A stretch of 64,000 bases of DNA. Origin: Haliotis rufescens. Lineage: Eukaryota. The position numbers and the translations under genes were made by a program. The stretch's first letter is position 1. Each line of letters starts with the position of its first letter. Positions 25,020 to 38,051 of this stretch are shown piece by piece. The stretch is taken from NCBI RefSeq assembly GCF_023055435.1, contig NW_025964112.1:42780001-42844000 (forward strand), in the 5' to 3' direction. The notes below the pieces were generated by a model, which had not been told where the DNA came from, did no database searches, and saw only the letters and a program-made list of their open reading frames with translations.

Positions 25020-25777
25020 CTCAAAGATAAGATGTCTCAGCAGTTGTGTTTTATACGATTTTTTAAAATAAATTTTAAACGTTTTATTCAAATTATATTC
25101 TAAAATATAAAACCATGTAGAAGTTTTCCTTGAGTCCTTGAGTTCTGACTTAGATTCAGTTCAGTTATTTTTTTAATATAATGGCGCAACTTAAAAATCA
25201 AACATACGATAAAATCAGAGCTATGATTTCTTTTGTCCCTCATACCTGTGTCCTAGTTAGTTTTCATTCACGTTGATCTGACATGATCTGATCCAACAGA
25301 AAGAGGCACTTACTTGAAATTGACTCATTCACTATCTATATTATTTAGCCTGGACCTCCAGACGCGGACGTTGTCCCCAATCCCCACCGCCGCTATTATC
25401 TCCCGTTGCCCCGCAGACACAAGTCACACAGGTGAATTAATGAAATTATCGACAAATCCCCAGTGCGTTATACAAATTATTTCCCTTTGCATATGAGATG
25501 GGAAGTGGATGTTAGGTGGGATGATTAAACGATGATTTATTGGAAATTATAGTCGGCTGTTTGAGAGATGCCGCCACGACCGGGGCCATTGTGGGAAGCT
25601 TCAGATGACACTAAAGAGCTGGGGGTCAACAGGGTCAATGGCAAGGTCACGTACTGTAAATATCGGCGAACCAAAATCTTTGAAGTTAATACCTTTGCTT
25701 AAACTTTGAACTAGCATTACTGACTCAATTTCCTTACTGGTGGATTATGGGAATACCTCATGCACAGTTGAAGTGAT

Positions 25778-25941
25778 TGAGTGAGTGAGGATGGTTTTAC
25801 GCCGTTGTTAGCAATATTCCAGCAATATCACGAAGGGGGACACCAGAAATGAGCTTCAAACATTGTACCCATGTCGGGAATCGAACCCGGGTCTTCGGCG
25901 TGACGAGCAAACGCTTTAACCACTCGGCTACCCGACCTCCA
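25778..25941 (-). mobile_element. Family A SINE
   Basis: Reverse complement; TSD CAGTT(G/T)AAGTGA. Confidence 0.9.
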
Positions 25942-26076
25942 CCAGTTTAAGTGAGTTTTGATAGTGTGGTGGCTTCACAATTCAGCTAGTTGTAAAAGAA
26001 ATATGAATCGAATCCAAAAACACGAAACGATATGTCTAAAAGACTATTCATTGTGACTTTATATCATCCCACTTAC

Positions 26077-26225
26077 ACGCCGCCTCTGCGATTTAGTGGT
26101 TGAACGTCCGACCGGAGAGTGGAAGGTCCGTGGTTCGATCCCCGACCGCGTCATACCAAAAGACGTTATAAGCGCAATACTCTTGGAGGCGACGTTAAAC
26201 CCCATTTGACCTCATCTAACCTCAC
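26077..26225 (+). mobile_element. Family B SINE, head joined to tail
   Basis: Head through accaaaagacgtta fused directly to the tail. Confidence 0.75.
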
Positions 26226-26773
26226 ACACTGTTAATGTGGGGACGTAAGTACGAATGATATACCCCTGGAGATTTATGTTATAACTACGTCCGCGTTTTG
26301 ATTTATTTTCTTGCTTCCCATCACAAAATGGGTAAAATGTGCGCACACCATTTCTGCTATTCCCGCTGTGATATGGCTGGAATATTGTTGTAAGCAGCGT
26401 AAAATCCAACTCACTCACACATTCAAAGAGTGATCACAAAATACACCACTTAGAAAAATAAGTGAAATGAAACATTCAACGGATTACAATAAGAACAGTA
26501 ACTTGACTTTAAACATTATTTTCCTAATAAAGTTCAGTTTTAAAATGTCTCAGTCCCTTTCAGTTGTCGGCTCATAATATGACTAACATGTTTACTGAAC
26601 AGTAGAAGGGTGTTCAAAACCGTAGTGATGGTTAACTTAATGCACACCTAAAAACCGAATATAGATATGAAGGCAAAGAGTAAATGAGTTTGGATTACCG
26701 CTGCTATGAACAGTATTTCAGTTATATCGCGGTGTGTCAGGTGAATATGAGGGAAAAAACCTCCCCACCCTCC

Positions 26774-26917
26774 NNNNNNNNNNNNNNNNNNNNNNNNNNN
26801 NNNNNNNNNNNNNNNNNNNNNNNNNNNNNNNNNNNNNNNNNNNNNNNNNNNNNNNNNNNNNNNNNNNNNNNNNNNNNNNNNNNNNNNNNNNNNNNNNNNN
26901 NNNNNNNNNNNNNNNNN
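26774..26917. other. Assembly gap
   Basis: Run of N. Confidence 1.
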
Positions 26918-28379
26918 CGAGGTCCTTCTGTACACATCAATGTAACTGACTAGTGATATGGGGGTAATTTTCGATAGGGGGAATTCGGTTGTTTCGGAGT
27001 TTCGAGTTTTGCCACTCTTATTATGGGCGATATTTGATTGACTTTTCAGAAACAAAATGAATAATTATGTTTAATGCGAAATGACAATGCCTTTATAAAA
27101 GTGCGGAAACGCAACGTATGATATAGTTTTTATGAAACTTAAAGTTAGTAAAGTACACATTCTGGTACATTTTTAAGTGGAGTCCGATCGCGTATTCGAA
27201 CCCACACTCTCAGAGTGAGGCACCCAATCCCGGTTGTGGGTTCGAATCCCGGATGGGATTCCACCCCCAAAAGTACTGGAATTTGTTCTTAACTTAGAAA
27301 GTGTAACCCCAACTTCAACGTATGTTACTTTTAGTATAATTAATTTTACATAAATAGTCATGCTGAGAATGTAGCTCCAGTATCAATCATCAACGTTGCA
27401 TCTTTCCTTTTCAACAAGCAGGTGCTGGCATGAGGTTCGAAAATGCAGTAGCTGTATTGCCAAAGGAAATGGTATAAATTCCAAAAAGTTCTTCAATTTT
27501 AATTCAGATTTCATTGCAGAGTAGGTTGAGCCTTTACTTGAATTTGAAACTAAGGTTGTTAGTTACAACACGGCAGACAGTTTTATCGAATCGTTTGCCA
27601 ATATTTCAAAGCTTTCAAAGTGTAAAAATCTAAATTTACAGCTTCCACAATGGACCCTCACGTCTCGTCCTTTAAACAAGTCGATAATATCAAGGCCATA
27701 CCTATACATATGGTCGGTATAACAAAAGAGAACATGATTATGTTATGTCACATCGGCTCTGTGATGTTTACAGTCTCCTATCAAGTTCTGTCGGAAGTAA
27801 TGGCAAATGATAATTATTAGTCTGATATGAAAGACAACCCTGTGTTGCTACATGTTATTGCCGCTAGACAAACAGTCTTCGATGATAGACATCCCACTTC
27901 AAACTCTCGGGTATCAACAGGACTCACCGTTATTGATATCATTCTCGAATAATTGTGTTTGCCTCAGGCTTCAGAGGAAGAACATGATGCACACGTGTGC
28001 TGGGTTTCCCACACATAACTTATCCTTATCAAATTGAATTACACGCTTATAGAAGTGTGTTCAGACATTAGATAGAAATTATCAAGATAAAAACATGCAA
28101 AATATCCTTTGGTATTATTAGGATAAGTACCATAGAGAGTGTTGGCTTTAAGAGGGTGATCATGCTTCTTGTCAAGAAAACCTGAATCAAGGTCTTAAAA
28201 GGAACCTAGAATTCTAGTATTTAGTGACCATAATATTATCTTCCCTTACCTGTTATAAGAATATTTTCATTGTCTGTGACCACTCTGTTTAATTGCCGAA
28301 ATATGTCAGTGTATCTTTGGATATGTTTATTAGAATTTAAGATCAACATGCGAATGTATAAAAACTCCTTGTAACTTAC

Positions 28380-28389
28380 CTCCGGCCAT
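28380..28389 (-). CDS. Unknown microexon gene, probable start exon (ATG GCC GGA G; M-A-G-)
   Basis: Minus strand reads ATGGCCGGAG|GTAAGT, a strong phase-1 donor matching the phase-1 acceptor at 15965. There is an in-frame upstream stop, and a candidate acceptor tgtgtttttcag gives an exon top at 28488. Confidence 0.55.
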
Positions 28390-29372
28390 TGGACTACGAG
28401 AAGATTTGCTTTCGGACGGTGTAAGTTTCGGCTCCGTTGCTATCCTACAGCATTAAGTCTGTCACATCATGGCTCGCAATCCGCCTCTCTGAAAAACACA
28501 AATATCTTGCACTGGAAGAAGCTGTACAGTTCCACCAAACAAAGCATTAGCCTATGGCCGCTCGATCGGGGTGGCCTTTTGAAACGAAGCCGCAATAACC
28601 CTGGATATTTACTATCACGGATAGGTCGAGCTGTACATTGGACAGCCCTGACAGTGATACCTGTGAAGATTCTTAAAGGATCTGACAACAAGGAGGCCGT
28701 AGGGTATTAGTTCACGCCGAGTAAATCGGATGAGGAATGTCGATTTAAGATAGATGACCTGGAAAGATGGATACAAACAACGAAATATTCACAGGATTAT
28801 TATGATTCCGTAGAATTATATGAAATATCTCGAAAAGCATTGGCATCGTTTGCAATTGTATTCTCAACAGAAATTCGTCATTCACTTGCGACCGACTGAC
28901 AGATAATAGCCATTGCTTCCTAGGACATTATATGTCATTAGGTAATATGCGGTGTTGATTTATTAATGCAAGACTGAAAGATGCACTTAACACATATTTA
29001 ACAGCTGGGGCGTATTTGTTTCTTTACATTAACAATGAGATTCAACACCGCAGAGAAATACTTCATATTCTTACAAGTTACTCTAGTGACTCTCATTTTG
29101 CAAAAACGAGGTTTCTTTTCTTAAAGGTTTAGGTGTATGAAGCAAAATATGTTTCAAACTCCAACGATGAATGAAATTTAATTCCCAATTATAAAATCTG
29201 AAATATTTCCAGCTGTTGCCTGACCTTTATGAATTGTAATGTATTGACGTAAACATCCTCTGACGTCGGCGTGAACGTAACTCCCCGTAATTCCACATTA
29301 TGAGGTTATGCCATCTTCATTAACCTCTTCTAGATTGTGGTTGTGGGCGAGATCAAATGATCTCATACATGT

Positions 29373-29635
29373 ACCCGTGAAGATCTGTGGTAGAATAGGT
29401 CTTCAGCAACCCATGCTTGCCGTAAAAGGCGAATACGCTTGTCGTACGAGGCGACTAACGGGATCGGGTTGTCAGGATTACTGACTTGGTTGATGCATGT
29501 CATCGTATCCCAATTGCGTGGGTCGATGCGCATGATGTCAATCACTGGATTGTCTGGTCAAGACTCAATTATTTACAGACCGCCGTCATATAGCTGGAAT
29601 ATTGCTGAGTGCGGCGTTAAGCAACGGCAAACAAA
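29373..29635 (+). mobile_element. Family C retroelement, full length
   Basis: TSD CATACATGT (29364-29372, 29636-29644); same 5' end. Confidence 0.88.
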
Positions 29636-30380
29636 CATACATGTTGTCATGAAGACATTGTCGAGCATGAGAGCCACTCTTTGACAAGAGCGTTTCGAAC
29701 ATTCAGCGTTTCAGTTGTGAAATTACAATTACATAGGTTAATGTCATTTCCACATTGGTGGCGACACAATATGACGTCATGGGGTTGCAGCGTGTAAAAT
29801 AATGACGTCTTACTTTGATTATTAGAAAAGGTAGAGCCTAATGTGTCAATACAGAGCATACATGAATACATATTCTCAAATGTTATATGTAACATCATCA
29901 AATCTCATGGTGACTACAGCTATACACAATTTGCGTTTGTCCATTCAATAATAACAAAAAAGTACGCAAACTTGTTGGGTTGGCGAAGATAATGAGGGAT
30001 ATAGGAATTACAAATTGTCGCATTTCAAACATTACTCATGAGGGTAGAATGATTATGTATAATAACTTTCCGATATCTGCACTTGTGCAATTTAGCGATC
30101 CTCAATGCTGATTGGTCAGTTGAAGTCACCTGACGTCACTCTGCTTCATTGTCGATAAAAATATGAACTTACGTCATCTATTTTTCAGTACGTCATCTGA
30201 ACAATATACTGCCTTCGTGGAATTATCTGGAGGGTTGACATTTCCTACGACGTTCCTTCAATATTTATCTTAAAATGTCAACGAGTGATGTATAGAATAT
30301 TCTACTCCATGTCAAAGGCTCGGGATTACCACTATTCACTCTTTCGGGACAGATTATCCGTAATATCCCTGTATATACTT

Positions 30381-30382
<2 letters not shown>

Positions 30383-30448
<66 letters not shown>
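30383..30448. repeat. (CA)n microsatellite; others are (AAAAT)n 12-55, (CT)n 23247-23286, (TATG/TCTG)n 34631-34737, (TTC)n 46092-46125, (GT)n 48311-48355
   Basis: Directly visible. Confidence 0.97.
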
Positions 30449-30450
<2 letters not shown>

Positions 30451-30849
30451 TCTTTCAAATCCTCTTTATTCCCATGGAAGGCATCAACTATCTACAGCAC
30501 AACTACTTATTAACATACATTATTTGGACACTCGTAAATAGCCTTTCATACAGGCCCTGAAACAAATGTATCCAGTACAGTCCATGAAAGTCTATAATAG
30601 TTGTCAAGTCTAGATGTTTGTCTCTTGGCTTTTGGAACGGATTAAACAACACAGGCATTACTGAGTGTAACGGTTTTGATGGCACCTGGTGTTTGCGATA
30701 CGGGTAGGTGTGTCACCGTCTTTTAAATACAATAGAAATATTATTAACAAAACTACTTCATTGTTAAGTATATTTGTGTTCAGATCCCCGCTCCCCCCCC
30801 CCCCCTCGAGCCCCCCCCCCCCCCCCCCCCCAAGAAATAAAAGAGACTA

Positions 30850-31290
30850 TTTGTTTAGATCTATGCATACATATTGAGAGTGACAAACCAACTGTTCACA
30901 CAAGAGTGGATGGCAAGAGTGATGACATCAACTTTCCAATACTCCACACTGCCTTTACATTGTATGTCGAGCAATATTCCAGCAGCTCAAGCCTTTGTGT
31001 TTACATTTCACAACTTTTGAGGTAATATCGATCGTGGGCTTTCTTTCAAAGAGATTTCAAAGAGCGTAATACGGTTCCTGTTAGAAAGTTATGAAAGACA
31101 TTAGAAGGACTTTTTTCCAAATCATCAGTGACAAGTATGATGTCCAATGCATTTCCCAGGGTTGTGCTGTTTTGTTTATCACGTGAACAATTGACTTGCT
31201 TTTGCATGTGTTTGTGACGGGTGCCACCAGTGGGACACGATACATGAACACTCACCTTTTCTCCAGCACCTGCTGTCACCACTATTTTAT
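30850..31290 (+). mobile_element. Penelope-like RT fragment plus 3' motif
   Basis: LDLCIHI...TRVDGKSDDINFPI...SNIPAAQAF-VYISQLLR, then gacgggtgcc...gcacctg. Confidence 0.7.
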
Positions 31291-32499
31291 TTTGAGTTAG
31301 TGTTCATAGACCTGTGCATGTGGTTTAATCGAAATCGTCCAATTGACTCTACTTTTAGCAGAGATTTCTCATTATTATCGAAATGCTTTTTGTAACTTTT
31401 ACTTTTGTTTTCGGCACGTGTTTTCAACCTGAACATCACGGAAATCAAACATATGCAGAATATGCCCTACCTTGATCTATAAACCATTTCCGCACAACTT
31501 TCAGAAACAGACTTCTTCCATGGCCACTTGGTCACTCGAGCTACAGCTAGGCATTTCTAGCCACTGTGTGCTGCGAGTGCTCGTTGCAGTCTATTAACTA
31601 TGCATCCTGCGTAAAATCAAGCATGGAAATCAATCCATTTTAGCAACAAATCTCATTTCTAGTGACATCTTGATGAGAAGTTTGTGTGACTGTCCCAACA
31701 AAATAAATACGACTAGGTTTACTCCTATGTCATTCGGCATTGGGTACATGCATCATAACAATCGCGGACTTGCAGCGAAAAGTAATTTATGGAGTCGTTG
31801 CATTCATTTGGTCGGGATTTGAAAGGGAAGGAGGGGGATATTCACAATGTAATCTGAAATCAATGGTTATTTTCGATCTGTGTGCGAATTGATCAATCAT
31901 TTTCTTTATTATCAGCGATTTATCGTGTAAATTCGGTGACATTTCCCATGCCGGAAGTGGCACGTTGTCCAGTTTATTGTGACTTCTGATGTCAAGGCGA
32001 GACAAGCACTGTCACGAAAGTGCCATGACAGCTGTTAAAAGGGAACGAATTGTGTAGGTTGTTTGGGTTTCAAACATGTGTTACAATAGATTTCTATTGT
32101 TATCTAACTTGCTTTTATAGTCTCCTCAGTTTTTATGATTTTAGACAACGCAATTAAAGCTAGGTTATGGAGACAGTTCGCTTGTTGTCTGTAGTCACTT
32201 TCATGAATAAAGTTAATGCGCCATGGGATGAGTCAATCTAAGTGAGGGATAATGAGACATAAACTGCATATGTTGTAAAGGACATATATAAACACCTTTG
32301 TCCATTATCTGTGGAACATTTAAGTGTTTAACACATTCTTTTATAGCAGCGTTTCAGTGATATTCAGCTGAGGTATATCCATGACATCCCACCATTATCA
32401 AATAATGTATTCCATTATTAGTCAGTAATAAGGTGATGTAAAAATGGTGTTTAACGTCATCGCATTCAAGATTAATGCACGTATATAGAGTGCATGCAC

Positions 32500-33588
32500 T
32501 CGGTTACATTCCATTGTTAATTAATGGCATTCATTTGTTTCTTGGTGGCATTTCATTGTTACTTGGTGGCATTCCATTAATATTGTTACTTGGTGGCATT
32601 CCATTGTTTCATGTTGGTATGCCATTGTTACTTGGTGACATCGCATTGTTATTTGGTGGCATTGCATAATTTCTTGGTAGCATTTATATTGTTACTTTGT
32701 GGCATTGTATTGTTACTCGGTAGCATTCCACTGTTACTTGGTGGCATTCCATTGTTTCATGTTGGTATGCCATTGTTACTTGGTGGCATTCCATTGTTTC
32801 GTGTTGATATGCCATTGTTAGTTGGTGGCATTCCATTGTTTCATGTTGGTATTCCATTGTTACTAGGTGGCATTGCATAACTTCTCGTTAGCATTCCATT
32901 ATTACTTGGTGGTATTCCATTGTTACCTTCTGGCATTCCATTGTTACTTGGTGGTATTCCATTGTTACTTGGTGGTATTCCGTTGTTACTTAGTAGCATT
33001 CCATTATTACTTGGTGGTATTCAATTGTTACTTGGTGGCATGCCATTGTTACTTGGTTGCATGCCATTGTTACTTGGTGGCATGCCATTGTTACTGGATA
33101 GCATTCCATTGTTACTTGGTGGCATCCCGTTGTTACTTAGTGGCATTCTATTGTTATTTGGTGACATTCCATTGTTACTTTGTGGTATTCCATTGTTACT
33201 TGGTGGTATTCCATTGATACTTGGTGGCGAGCCATTGTTACTGGATAGCATTCCATTGTTACTTGGTGGCATCCCGTTGTTACTTGGTGGCATTCTATTG
33301 TTATTTGGTGACATTCCATTGTTACTTTGTGGTATTCCATTGTTACTTGGTGGTATTCCATTGATACTTGGTGGCATTCCATTGTTACATGGAGGCATTC
33401 CATTGCTACTTGGTAGCATTCCATTGCTACTTGATAGCATTCCATTGTTACTTGGTGGCATGCCATTGTTACTTAGTGGTATTCCATTGTTACTTGGTGG
33501 TATTCCATTGTTACTTGGTGGTATTCCATTGTTACTTGGTGACATTCTATGGTTACTTGATAGCATTCCATTGTTACTTAGTGATTCT
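32500..33588. repeat. 21-bp minisatellite, about 50 copies
   Basis: Unit GGTGGCATTCCATTGTTACTT. Confidence 0.97.
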
Positions 33589-34658
33589 ACAACTACGTGT
33601 AAGGTGAAACTGTTGCTGACGTTCATCGAGGCTTATTTTGTTTCTTAAGATGTAATGTGCACATCTTGTTTCAAAAAGAAAATAAAGACATTTTGTTTGA
33701 TGAAAACTGTAGACCCTCGTTGGTTTCGTAATTAACAAAATCAATCGATCACACACAAACAAAGAAGCAATAGAACACCTGCACTTAGCTTCGCTGCATT
33801 AATTCCCAGTTTCTGTCACTCAATCAATCCGTTTATTAGTGAATACACAACACAGCCACCACAGGTGGTATGTGAGCATACAACAATACACCATACATAA
33901 TTAATCAAGATGACAGAAACATTTATGTGGTCACACTGTTTCATAAAGGAGATTAAAGCGTGACAGTTTCTTAACTAATTTTGCATGCATTGTTGATGTA
34001 GCTTACAAAGTGTAGACAAATTTGCCAACGTCTGATATTCTCGTGGTATATTATTAATTTCTGTACTTTTAAAGCCTCACATCTAATAGATTCGTCACCA
34101 CTCACCCCTTTCACGTAACCTGCATGAATCATTGTGCCCCTGTCGATGGATGTTATGTCCGAAAACACAAGAAACCAATCAGAAAGCGCGTATGACTTCG
34201 AGCACTTAAGTAAAAATCATTCAGGAATTATTTTTGATTTTACATATGTCTTGCATCTAAAAATATACCCAAGCTACAGGTAAATGTGTTTAATCATACT
34301 GTATAATAACGTAAGACCCGATGAATAACATCTGCAATATATAATTATGATATATAGGGGAAATATAAGAGAATCCTTACGCACAATTCTTTTCGCTTTG
34401 GTCATTTACGCTTAGACGGAACCCAGTCGCAAAAAAATGTTCACGAGAGGGGCACGAGTCGCTATTCGTCTTGTCATGGAAAAACACGAGTTGGTCACGA
34501 ATGATTTCCCCCCTTTATCCACCGTGGCTGATGTGAAATGTTTTCATCACATTGTTGTTAGTGATTCATACTGGGTAGTCATATCCACATTTATTTCATA
34601 TCATAATTAATGTTGATGCAAGAGACGTCATGTATGTCTGTATGTCTGTATGTCTGTA

Positions 34659-34697
<39 letters not shown>

Positions 34698-35692
34698 ATG
34701 TATGTATGTATGTATGTATGTATGTATGTATGTATGTGAGTGCGTGTGAGAATGAATGGATGGATGCATGGACGGACGGACGGATGTATGTATGTGTGTG
34801 TTTGTGTGTATATGTGTGTGCGTCCCTCAGAGGTCCAATATCTGCTATACGTGAGTTCAAATCCATGATTTACCCTGGTTATGGTCAGCCTGTCAGCACT
34901 CTACTCATACCTTTATCTGTGTTTTTTTTAAAAGTGATAAACGTGACCTGCGCTTCTTCAGGTTCTCCATCCACTTTAAGCTACCACACTGAGAAATAAC
35001 TGAAATACTTTCAAAGCGGCGTTATTAAATCCAGCTCATTCACTTTACTTAAGTTAAGTACATTAAATCCGATGGTTCATGATCCATGTGAAAGCCGATC
35101 TTCATATTCAAAGTTTCAATAAACCACTAAAAATGTCTTTTATGCATAACCATCTAAGTTCAGTTGAGCACAGAATACTATATGCTCATTTTGCTCAAAT
35201 TGCTTGTAAGGGAGACAACTCAAACATATGCTTGCGTGCATAGACATCAAGAAGGCAACAGACTGAAAGGAAACAAAAGATGAAGAAAAGAATAGCCTTG
35301 GTGCTTCATAGGCTTGATACAAATAAACAGGTTTATTGTCAATACTACAAATGAATAAACGAATTGGGAAGAGAGCGGACTATTAGGAGAGACGAACAGA
35401 AAATTGTCAGGTATTCGGGGTGGGCAATCACACACAGGTGTGGTGTGGTGTTGATTGTGTAGTGTGGCGTGCACTCGTGGGCAAAATACCCGGCCAACCT
35501 CAACGTTACCCCATTAATAAATGCAAAATCCCCATCATAATTTTTAATGACAATGAATGCTTAATTATGATCACTGGGGCATGCAGTCCGACATGGATGT
35601 ATATTCTAGGGAGTTAAGTGCACAATTCAACAATAACAAGTACAGGTATTCCGGGGCATGTATCCCTCCGCCGCATTGTCAGCGTGACAGAC

Positions 35693-36113
35693 CATTCGTC
35701 ACCACTCGCCCCTTTCCATAACCCACATGAAGACTCGTCTCCCTATCGATGAATGTTATGTGCGAAAATGCGCCTAATCAGTCAGACTGCGCGTATGACT
35801 TCAAGTACTTCAGGCAAACAATCCCCCCTGGATAATTTTTGAATTTACATGTGATGAATCTGATAAATTTTCCAACATACAGCTAAATGTGTCCAAACAT
35901 GCTGTTTGATACCCTAAGTCTATATGTGTTTGGAAAATATACACATGGGGAAAATATACGTGCATCATTACGCGATAGTTGACAATTCTTTTAGTAATTC
36001 TTTTAGCTATGCTCGTTTGCACTTAGACGGAAAGCAGTTGCAAAAGATGGCCACCAGAGGGGCACGAGTCGCGATTCGGCTTGTCCCGGAATAACACGAG
36101 TTGATCACGAATG
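35693..36113. mobile_element. About 420-bp dispersed repeat with imperfect TIRs (CATTCGT...ACGAATG); second copy at about 34070-34503
   Basis: Two colinear diverged copies about 1.6 kb apart. Confidence 0.7.
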
Positions 36114-36156
36114 CGCTACAGATTGTATTACGCCGTGACAAACCAACACCGACAGC

Positions 36157-36183
36157 TGACCTTTCACCTGTTACCCCTGACCT
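36157..36183. promoter_or_regulatory. Tandem DR1 nuclear-receptor elements upstream of a candidate SLC3 5' UTR exon (donor after 36551)
   Basis: TGACCT-T-TCACCT and TTACCC-C-TGACCT; CAG|GTATGT at 36551/36552; the ATG exon has an acceptor at 44166 or 44170. Confidence 0.35.
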
Positions 36184-37670
36184 CACATATCAATAGCGAC
36201 GACGGGAGAGACCTTCCCTGCATTCTTCACTCACCAAACTGGATCGCACCTGGGCGAGTCTATTCGTGTCATCTTCCCAGGTGTGACGGTCTCAAATGAA
36301 AACATTACTCGCAGGAAACAAACACTATGTGAGCAGTACCTGTTGTCCTATACCAACATCAATTAATTAGAACAAGTCAGGCATAACCTATATACACTCT
36401 CAATACATTAATTTGAACAGAAGCATTATCTTCATCAGACTCTAAACTCTTGACACCCCTTCACACAGAATATCATTGACCTACTTGGTAAAGATTACAA
36501 AGTTTGTGGAGGCCTTCGTCTGTGTACACAGCTTGAGATTTGTTAACACAGGTATGTGTCAAACTAATTTTCATTTTTTAAACCTGTGACACTTTTTTTG
36601 TCTTCTTATCCACGTGTCAAATGAGATGCTCACTCTCCTGCAGTGGGCAGGGTGTTGTCAGTGACAGCATGACAATGCACTCGAATTATGTCACATAGTT
36701 GATCCATAACCTACGCAAAACTGTCTTCAAAGTGCCATAATGCATTTTTCACAAGTACCCTCTTTAACCACTTAGGTTATACCCGAGTATGAATTATGAT
36801 TTGGTGTTTTGAAGATAAGTGTGCATATACTTCGAGTCTGAGTTGCGGGTGCGGTTTCGAGAGTCATGTATTTGGGTCACAAGTTTGTGTAGCTACCATG
36901 AACTGTAAGCTGTCGTGAGTCTTCACCATACACAGAACAACTGCCGACGGCGACCATCCCTCGTCATCATGTACACAGTGTTCTGTTTGAAGTTTTGTTT
37001 ATTCAACTTTGATAAGACAATTTTGCGTTTTCGAACAGCCTATTTATAAGGGTGTGGTCAATGTTTCGGGAGGGGAATGGGTCAAGTTTTGTTGCCCGGA
37101 CGGAGGTTCTAAGTGAGTTGTTGAGGGGGGACATTTTCTGATTTGTTATTAATGCCCACTCCCCCCCCACCAGCTAATGAGGTCGTCCCCAAATGCATAA
37201 ATTATTTGGCCATTCAAAAAGTACCCATCTGACATCAGTGCAAATGTTTTGACTTGCTACCTCGCGGTATTCTTGTTTGCTTTGTGTTAAAGTCGACATA
37301 AAGATTGAACCAGTCAACCAGTTCATACACCACATGACAAAGCATACAATCTTTCATTCAAATCATAAACATTTTGTCATCTAGACATTTTATACATTTG
37401 ATTTTTATAACATTCCATAGAAATAATAGTGACAAAATAGTGACATATTCATTAGAAATATCTGCCAAAAGTAGAGTCGTTTCTACGATTCCGACTACGC
37501 ACGCCTACTGACATAAAATACTAGAAGTCTAATAATGTGAATTATGTGAATGCAATAGTAAAATATAGTAAAAAGTAAACATATACTACAAATATGATAA
37601 TAGACATAACATAAACAATAACAATAACTAAGATGATGAGAATAATGGTGATACTAACTGTTACTACTAC

Positions 37671-37836
37671 GAGTGAGTGAGAATGGTTTTACGCCGCTTT
37701 TAGCAATATTCCAGCAATATAACGAAGGGGGACACCAGAAATGAGCTTCACACATTGTACGCCAATGTCGGGAATCGAACCCGGGTCTTCGGCGTGACGA
37801 GCGAATGCTTTAACCACAAGGCTACCCGACCGACCC
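37671..37836 (-). mobile_element. Family A SINE
   Basis: Reverse complement of family A. Confidence 0.9.
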
Positions 37837-37873
37837 TACTACAACGAATAATGATAATAACTACAATACCAGC

Positions 37874-38051
37874 NNNNNNNNNNNNNNNNNNNNNNNNNNN
37901 NNNNNNNNNNNNNNNNNNNNNNNNNNNNNNNNNNNNNNNNNNNNNNNNNNNNNNNNNNNNNNNNNNNNNNNNNNNNNNNNNNNNNNNNNNNNNNNNNNNN
38001 NNNNNNNNNNNNNNNNNNNNNNNNNNNNNNNNNNNNNNNNNNNNNNNNNNN
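37874..38051. other. Assembly gap
   Basis: Run of N. Confidence 1.

Noticed and set aside
31214-31275. SECIS interpretation of the Penelope 3' motif
   Set aside because: No apical AA at the expected distance and no clean UGA/GA quartet.
36048-36066. CTCF-like TGGCCACCAGAGGGGCAC
   Set aside because: One extra G breaks the core spacing; it lies within a repeat whose other copy lacks it.
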